A stretch of DNA of 64,000 nucleotides from a virus, in the IMG/VR virus record IMGVR_UViG_3300045974_000760, positions 32,001 to 96,000 of that record, one strand, 5' to 3'. Shown in pieces: positions 59,122 to 64,000 of the stretch. A model generated the notes under the pieces. It was not told where the DNA came from. It searched no databases and saw only the letters and a list, made by a program, of their open reading frames with translations. The first letter of the stretch is position 1; the number at the start of each line of letters is the position of its first letter. Position numbers and translations under genes: made by a program.

Positions 59122-59565
59122 ATGGCTGTTCGACGTATCCGTGTACCTGCGCGCGAGCTCTCACCCGAGCTGCTCGATGCGGTTCGCGCTATTGCAGCAA
59201 CCAATGATGTACCTGCAGAGGACGTTGAGGTTGACATCGTCAGTCCAGCGGATGCGCCACTACGCGACCGCGTACTAGCTCTGCTGGGAACGCCGCGTGA
59301 GGGCCCGGTGTTTGAGCAGCAGTACCAAGGCATGTTCATCGAGGCTGATAGAGTGCCTGAGCACCCTGAGCTAACGCCACAGCAACAGGCGATACTGAGG
59401 CGGCAGCGAGAAGCGATGTTCGGGAGGAGATACGGGCGTAGCGGCAGAGACTTCAGTGTTTCGTCCCCGCCGCTCACAGAGGAAGAAGGGCGCGCCCTGA
59501 GCAATACACTCGTGGACTCCTTGCGTACACCGCCAGTGCTGCGCAGACCGCATCTTCATGTCTGA
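59122..59565 (+). CDS. hypothetical protein
   Basis: AAGGAG RBS. Confidence 0.65.
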   Translation: MAVRRIRVPARELSPELLDAVRAIAATNDVPAEDVEVDIVSPADAPLRDRVLALLGTPREGPVFEQQYQGMFIEADRVPEHPELTPQQQAILRRQREAMFGRRYGRSGRDFSVSSPPLTEEEGRALSNTLVDSLRTPPVLRRPHLHV

Positions 59566-59965
59566 GCAAGACTGGGCAGACATCCAGCAGTGGAGCGGTG
59601 AGTCGCCGGATATGGCAGATGCCGTGGCCATGGCCGTAGCAAACACCGTCAAGCCGCGGGTGAAGCGCCCGAAGTACCTCGGTGAACTCATGAAGAAGGG
59701 CGGGCTCGATATCGACGCCATCATCAATAGCCGGGTCGGTGACTACTACTCCCTGGACAAGCCCCGTGACCCAGGCTTCGCCAACTACCTCAAGGACACG
59801 TACAGGTGGAGTAAACACGAAGCTCGCCGCCAATGGCGCGCCCTACTCGATCGCGATATCGACCCCGCGGTAATACTCAACACAAGGAGGGCAACGTGGC
59901 GAAAGATGACGCAGAACAAGCAAACGAAGGTCGCGACCTCGGAGCAGAACCTAGTAGAACCGTTA
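59558..59965 (+). CDS. LG.L..LDID-motif protein (TTA 59963; next standard stop 60001)
   Basis: YLGELMKKGGLDIDAIINSR. Confidence 0.6.
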
Positions 59966-60642
59966 TCCAGACACACTCTGTGCAGCACGTCTTCGCTGTA
60001 GGGGAGGAGAGGGCAGTCGGCGCGATGGTGGATGGGCGCTATCACGAATACAACCACGGCGAGACCGTACCCGGACCGAATGTCATCGAGGTGGTCGCGC
60101 AGCTCGAGACTCCGCTGGAGTACATTCGTATGCAGCTGCAGATCCCCGATGAAGTAGTTGTCGAGGCTGCCGCCGCGGGGGCGTTGCGCACTCTCACTGA
60201 CGGGGTGGAGGCGATGTACCTGCTCGACCGGCGAATCATGCGGATGCCACTGCTTCCATTCGGCCCGCTTCATCAGTCGAGGGTGCCGCTGCCCATGCCT
60301 CCGCTCCCAACAAGCAGCGCGGTCTTCCCGCCCTACCGCAACAGCCTGCCCGTACCCCGCCCAGCATGTCTCGGGGAGTTGATGAAGAAGGACGGGAAGA
60401 ACATCGACGCGATAGTAGAAGCGCGGGCGCCCGTACGGTACCCGCGGCACAGGAACCTCAATCAGCTCAACCCAGTGCATCGTGGTGTCCGCGAACAGTT
60501 CAAGGAGTACCTCATTACGAGAGGCATTACCGCCAAGAACTCCAGGCAAGCCTGGGCTACGTCGTCGGAGGAAGGGCAGAGCCCAAGGTTCGTGCTGGAG
60601 TACAGCTTCCAGTACTTCATGCATCGACTGAGGGCGACGTAG
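59896..60642 (+). CDS. LG.L..ID-motif protein
   Basis: AAGGAGG RBS before GTG; CLGELMKKDGKNIDAIVEAR. Confidence 0.65.
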   Translation: MAKDDAEQANEGRDLGAEPSRTVIQTHSVQHVFAVGEERAVGAMVDGRYHEYNHGETVPGPNVIEVVAQLETPLEYIRMQLQIPDEVVVEAAAAGALRTLTDGVEAMYLLDRRIMRMPLLPFGPLHQSRVPLPMPPLPTSSAVFPPYRNSLPVPRPACLGELMKKDGKNIDAIVEARAPVRYPRHRNLNQLNPVHRGVREQFKEYLITRGITAKNSRQAWATSSEEGQSPRFVLEYSFQYFMHRLRAT

Positions 60643-60643
60643 G

Positions 60644-60681
60644 ACCGCAGGAGCGTTGTACTTCCCGCGGTTTTCTTAGCT
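60644..60681 (+). terminator. hairpin + TTTTCTTAGC
   Basis: ACCGC.GGAG/CTTCC.GCGGT stem. Confidence 0.65.
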
Positions 60682-60820
60682 ACAACACCGCCAATACAAA
60701 AGGTACTTGCGCTTCTGAAAACGCGCTGTATTACTTCCCTCGTCCCGAAGTACAACCTAACCGGTGACGAGGGACCCCCTCTTAGCAGTCAGTAACGCTC
60801 TGTGAAAATGTAAGCCGGTC

Positions 60821-60903
60821 GGAGTTCGATAGGACATGGCTGTCCAGGCGGTCTGTAACACCGCGGCCCTACGGGGCGAGTGGTTCGATTCCACCGGGCT
60901 TCA
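60821..60903 (+). tRNA. tRNA-Tyr(GUA)
   Basis: GCGGT-CTGTAAC-ACCGC anticodon arm; long variable arm; GTGG-TTCGATT-CCAC T arm. Confidence 0.8.
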
Positions 60904-61027
60904 CTGGAAGAGCTGGCCGCCCCTCGGGGAGGAGGGGCTCTTCCTACTTTTTGTTCGGGTCGTTGGTTGTGGGTTACCCCATCGAAAAAGTCCCCCACGT
61001 CCATTCATTTATCCGAACTTGTAGTAC

Positions 61028-61113
61028 GCCTCGTGTAGCTCAGTTGGTAGAGCGCGGGATGACATCCGAAAGGGGTCTGCCCGAGGTCGATGGTTCAAGC
61101 CCATCCACAGGCA
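61028..61113 (+). ncRNA. tRNA-like RNA lacking an anticodon loop
   Basis: Canonical D arm (TAGCTCAGTTGGTAGAGC) and T arm; anticodon arm replaced by an extended stem capped by GAAA. Confidence 0.65.
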
Positions 61114-61206
61114 CACGGGCTGAATAAGCTCGGGCGCAAGCCCCTCTACTCTTGGTGACACAAGAGATAGACTGAGTTCCGGCTCAGAGGTAAACCGGAG
61201 AAGTAC

Positions 61207-61283
61207 GGGTAGGGAAGAGAAATGGTTCTCACTGGCCGCGTAGTTCGTCCACGCCCCGTCGGTTCGATTCCGACCTCTACCCC
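61207..61283 (+). ncRNA. atypical tRNA-like RNA (8-bp acceptor)
   Basis: GGGTAGGG/CTCTACCC; GAGAA-ATGG-TTCTC; GTCGG-TTCGATT-CCGAC; no canonical anticodon arm. Confidence 0.55.
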
Positions 61284-61291
61284 CGCCGGTC

Positions 61292-61393
61292 CCCGATGAC
61301 GAGTCGACTTACTCTACGTAAGATGTTGGCCGTCTCTGTTCGCCTCTCGTAAACGCTAGCCTCTTCACGAGCGACAGATAGAGAATAATCGGG
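61292..61393 (+). ncRNA. multi-stem structured RNA of unknown class
   Basis: CCCGAT/ATCGGG closing stem with two internal hairpins. Confidence 0.4.
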
Positions 61394-61418
61394 AGTACTG
61401 GCAGCTACTTGTTGTATT

Positions 61419-61491
61419 GAGGCGTTAGCTCAGGTGGAAGAGCGGTGAGCTGTTAACTCACTTGTCGTTGGTTCAACTCCAACACGCTTCG
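61419..61491 (+). tRNA. tRNA-Asn(GUU)
   Basis: GTGAG-CTGTTAA-CTCAC; G discriminator. Confidence 0.9.
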
Positions 61492-61615
61492 CATGCTGGT
61501 TGTACCGAGACAAGCTTAAGCCCGTGACGCTTAGGCGCTTGCACTCCCCGATGATGTTCTAGACTACTTCAAAGGGGCGGGTGAGCTAGACGTATAGCCG
61601 GCAAGTTCTTTTTTT

Positions 61616-61687
61616 ACCAGCATAGCTCAGCGGTAGAGCTTCGCCTTTACACGGCGGATGTCGGGGGTTCGAATCCCTCTGCCGGTA
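61616..61687 (+). tRNA. tRNA-Val(UAC)
   Basis: TCGCC-TTTACAC-GGCGG; canonical D and T arms. Confidence 0.85.
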
Positions 61688-61691
61688 CAAT

Positions 61692-61766
61692 GCGCGAGCG
61701 GCGAAACTGGCAAACGCACATGCCTTAGGAGCATGAACTCTAGGGGTTCGAGCCCCCTCTTGCGCA
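61692..61766 (+). tRNA. tRNA-Leu(UAG), short variable region
   Basis: CATGC-CTTAGGA-GCATG; Leu-type D arm GGCGAAACTGGCAAACGC. Confidence 0.8.
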
Positions 61767-61779
61767 TAGTTGTTTTCAC

Positions 61780-61852
61780 GCTGACGTAGCTCAGTCGGTA
61801 GAGCTCCTGTTTTGTAATCAGGGGGTCGGGGGTTCAAATCCCTTCGTCAGCT
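61780..61852 (+). tRNA. tRNA-Thr(UGU)
   Basis: GCTGACG/CGTCAGC acceptor; loop TT-TGT-AA. Confidence 0.9.
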
Positions 61853-61933
61853 CTTCGCCGCGATAACCCAGCTAGAGGAACCACTAGCGTCTCAGTCTCG
61901 GTTGTTTTCGGCGGCCAACCGTAGAGGAAGAAC

Positions 61934-62194
61934 ATGGACTGGCTCAACAACCCGGAAGCCTTCGATCGGTTCCACAAAGATGGTGTTGACGACTTTCCAG
62001 GCGCAGTAGCCGGAGCTGGAATCAATAGGAGGAAGAACATGTTCAACTCAATAGTTGAAGAGGAGGATGCCCGTTTTCTCTGCGATATAGATATCGCCAT
62101 ACTTCGTGAGAGAGGGCTCAGTCAGGAAGAGCTAGAAGTAATGGTGAAGTTGAACCGGCTTACGTTTGAGTGGCAGTGCCGTTCACAAGACTGA
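61934..62194 (+). CDS. hypothetical protein
   Basis: GAGG RBS. Confidence 0.55.
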   Translation: MDWLNNPEAFDRFHKDGVDDFPGAVAGAGINRRKNMFNSIVEEEDARFLCDIDIAILRERGLSQEELEVMVKLNRLTFEWQCRSQD

Positions 62195-62201
62195 AGTACA
62201 T

Positions 62202-62329
62202 GCGCGGTCCTCGGTAGGTAGCTAAAACCCGTCTACAAACTTTTATCTCTCTCGCAAGAGAGGGGTCGGACGTGGATGGTTATCTTCTCTCGACCAGAAG
62301 CGACGGAGGTTCAACTCCTTCACCGCGCA
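62202..62329 (+). ncRNA. 128-nt RNA with tRNA-like acceptor and T arm
   Basis: GCGCGGT/ACCGCGC-A; GGAGG-TTCAACT-CCTTC; internal hairpins. Confidence 0.55.
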
Positions 62330-62432
62330 CCCAAAGCCTGCCAGTACACGTTGATTGCCCTTTGGCCTCGTGTACTGAGCGGGCTTTTTCTTTAGCCCCA
62401 GGTCTGCGGCGGGTGTTGCTATACTCTTCGGC

Positions 62433-63656
62433 ATGTCGGGTTCCCACTACGGTCAGCCAGTACAACTCATCGACGGTCAGCTCGACGCCTTCGCTCGTGT
62501 TCGTGTAGCCGAGCCCACCTACGTCTTCGACGCGCAGTTCACCTACGACATCCACCCGCTGTTGTACGAGCCCCTGGTCGCAGGCACCGGCGCCACAGTC
62601 ACGCACGACTCGACGAACCGCTGTGCACTGATGACGTTCGCAGCAACGCCTACCGGCGGTTCTGCCATCCTTCAGACCTTCGAACACTTCCGGTATCAGC
62701 CCGGTCGTTCTCAGCTCGCCCTTATCACCTTCAACTTCAGGGGCGGTGCAGCTAACTGTTTGAAGTTCGCTCTGTACGGCGATGCTAACAACGCCATCGG
62801 TTTCGAGCTCAACGACTTCGTACCTCGCGTCGTCATCCGCTCCGGTACATCCGCAGGCAGCCAGTTCGTCGACCAGAAGGACTGGAACGTCGACAAGCTA
62901 GACGGCAAGGGCCTGTCGAAAGTTCTTCTCGACCCCACCACTACACAGATTCTCGTCGTCGACTTCCAGGCTCTCTACGTCGGCCGCGTTCGCATCGGCT
63001 TCGACATCAACGGACGCATCTACTGGGCGCACGAGTTCTGGAACGCCAACGCCCAAGCGTTCCCCTACATCCAGTCGGCGAACCTTCCTATCCGCGTTGG
63101 GATGACCTGCACCGGCACCGTCTCCACCACCATGATCTTCTGCTGCACCTCCGTGAGTGCAGGCGGCGGTGAGGCGGATGTCGGTGGATACAACTTCGCC
63201 GTCGAAGGTACTGGCACCGCAGGCAGCTCGATCGACGCGCACATCCTCTCCCTCCGCCCGAAGACGACGTTCAATGCCATTACCAATCGAGTGAAGTTCA
63301 TTCTCGATAGCGTAGATGTCACCGTCACCGGCACACCACCAGTGCTGTGGTCTCTCTGTCTCGGGCAAGCCATCACGGCGGGCATCTGGGCAAACGCGAA
63401 TACGCTCTACTCCGCATTCGAGAGCACAACGGCGGGCGTCATCAGCGGCACGCCTGCGATCGTGATTGCGAAGGGATACTGCGCCGCGACTGCGACGGTG
63501 AAGCAAGCCATCTCCAAGACCATCGCTGCGCGCTACCCCATCACGCTAGACGCGGCGGGAGCTGTGCGGGCGCTTGGTACGCTGTCTGTCAACGCGCTTG
63601 GCGTGGGCGGGGCAAGCGCTTGCCGCGTCATTCTCAACTGGCGTGAGCTCCGGTGA
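62433..63656 (+). CDS. beta-sandwich virion protein
   Basis: DAFARVRV..P...FD; FRYQPGRSQ; W..DKLDG.G.S; VGRVRIGF; leaderless TGCTATACT-N7-ATG. Confidence 0.7.
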   Translation: MSGSHYGQPVQLIDGQLDAFARVRVAEPTYVFDAQFTYDIHPLLYEPLVAGTGATVTHDSTNRCALMTFAATPTGGSAILQTFEHFRYQPGRSQLALITFNFRGGAANCLKFALYGDANNAIGFELNDFVPRVVIRSGTSAGSQFVDQKDWNVDKLDGKGLSKVLLDPTTTQILVVDFQALYVGRVRIGFDINGRIYWAHEFWNANAQAFPYIQSANLPIRVGMTCTGTVSTTMIFCCTSVSAGGGEADVGGYNFAVEGTGTAGSSIDAHILSLRPKTTFNAITNRVKFILDSVDVTVTGTPPVLWSLCLGQAITAGIWANANTLYSAFESTTAGVISGTPAIVIAKGYCAATATVKQAISKTIAARYPITLDAAGAVRALGTLSVNALGVGGASACRVILNWRELR

Positions 63657-63694
63657 GCTACCTGCTGTAAGCGCAATCTGGTACGCTGGGCGGC

Positions 63695-64000
63695 ATGTCA
63701 GCCACTCCATCGCTCAGCCAGTACCACATCGCGCAGCTGCTCAATGCGAGTGCGCGAGGCATCACCTTCACCCCCGCAGCGGCACTCTTCATGTCGCTGT
63801 ACATCACAACGCCGGGACCGCTCAACACCGGCACTGAGGTGCTCACAGGCATCGGCTACGCCCGCCACGTCATCACCTTCTCAGCCCCCACCTTCGGCCT
63901 CGTCACCAAGGGCACGCTGGTCAACGACAATGCCGAGTTCAACTTCGGCTCGTCGACGGCCAGCTGGAATGCGGGCGGTGCTGGCTCCGTCGGCTTCATG
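63695..64000 (+). CDS. tail-fibre-associated protein, 3'-partial
   Basis: LY.T.P....GTEV...GYARH.ITF pattern; leaderless TGGTACGCT-N7-ATG. Confidence 0.65.
   Translation, partial: MSATPSLSQYHIAQLLNASARGITFTPAAALFMSLYITTPGPLNTGTEVLTGIGYARHVITFSAPTFGLVTKGTLVNDNAEFNFGSSTASWNAGGAGSVGFM

Noticed and set aside
61586-61837. Minus-strand 83-aa ORF
   Set aside because: It is the antisense translation of the Val, Leu and Thr tRNA genes.
62202-62333. tmRNA
   Set aside because: Too short, no G3-U70 pair and no recognisable tag reading frame.
1-64000. TAG or TGA stop-to-sense recoding as in code 15 or code 4 phages
   Set aside because: Long genes are intact in the standard frames, and TAA, TAG and TGA all end coupled genes.

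Overview
This 64-kb window is a GC-rich (roughly 60-65% by eye), gene-dense segment of a large tailed phage genome, probably a jumbo phage, with an unknown host. Virion and morphogenesis genes include a putative tail-assembly chaperone with a -1 frameshift, GroES, a tape-measure-like protein, baseplate-like proteins, low-complexity K-x-A-motif proteins and Ig-like proteins. It also holds a group-3-like sigma factor, a DUF932 protein, an HNH-like nuclease, a long run of small accessory genes, and a tRNA/ncRNA cluster with several non-canonical tRNA-like RNAs. Main observation: in my manual scan, in-frame TTA codons occur only at apparent gene ends (11 junctions). Reading TTA as a fourth stop codon splits several implausible fused or nested ORFs into ordinary adjacent genes. 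Other notable signals are a 17-copy promoter motif (xAA-N~15-GGnATAAG), a conserved post-hairpin terminator motif (U-tract-TAGCCCC) and an array of ten short diversified peptides behind a tandem DUF6948-like protein. All family assignments come from motif recognition by eye, not database searches.
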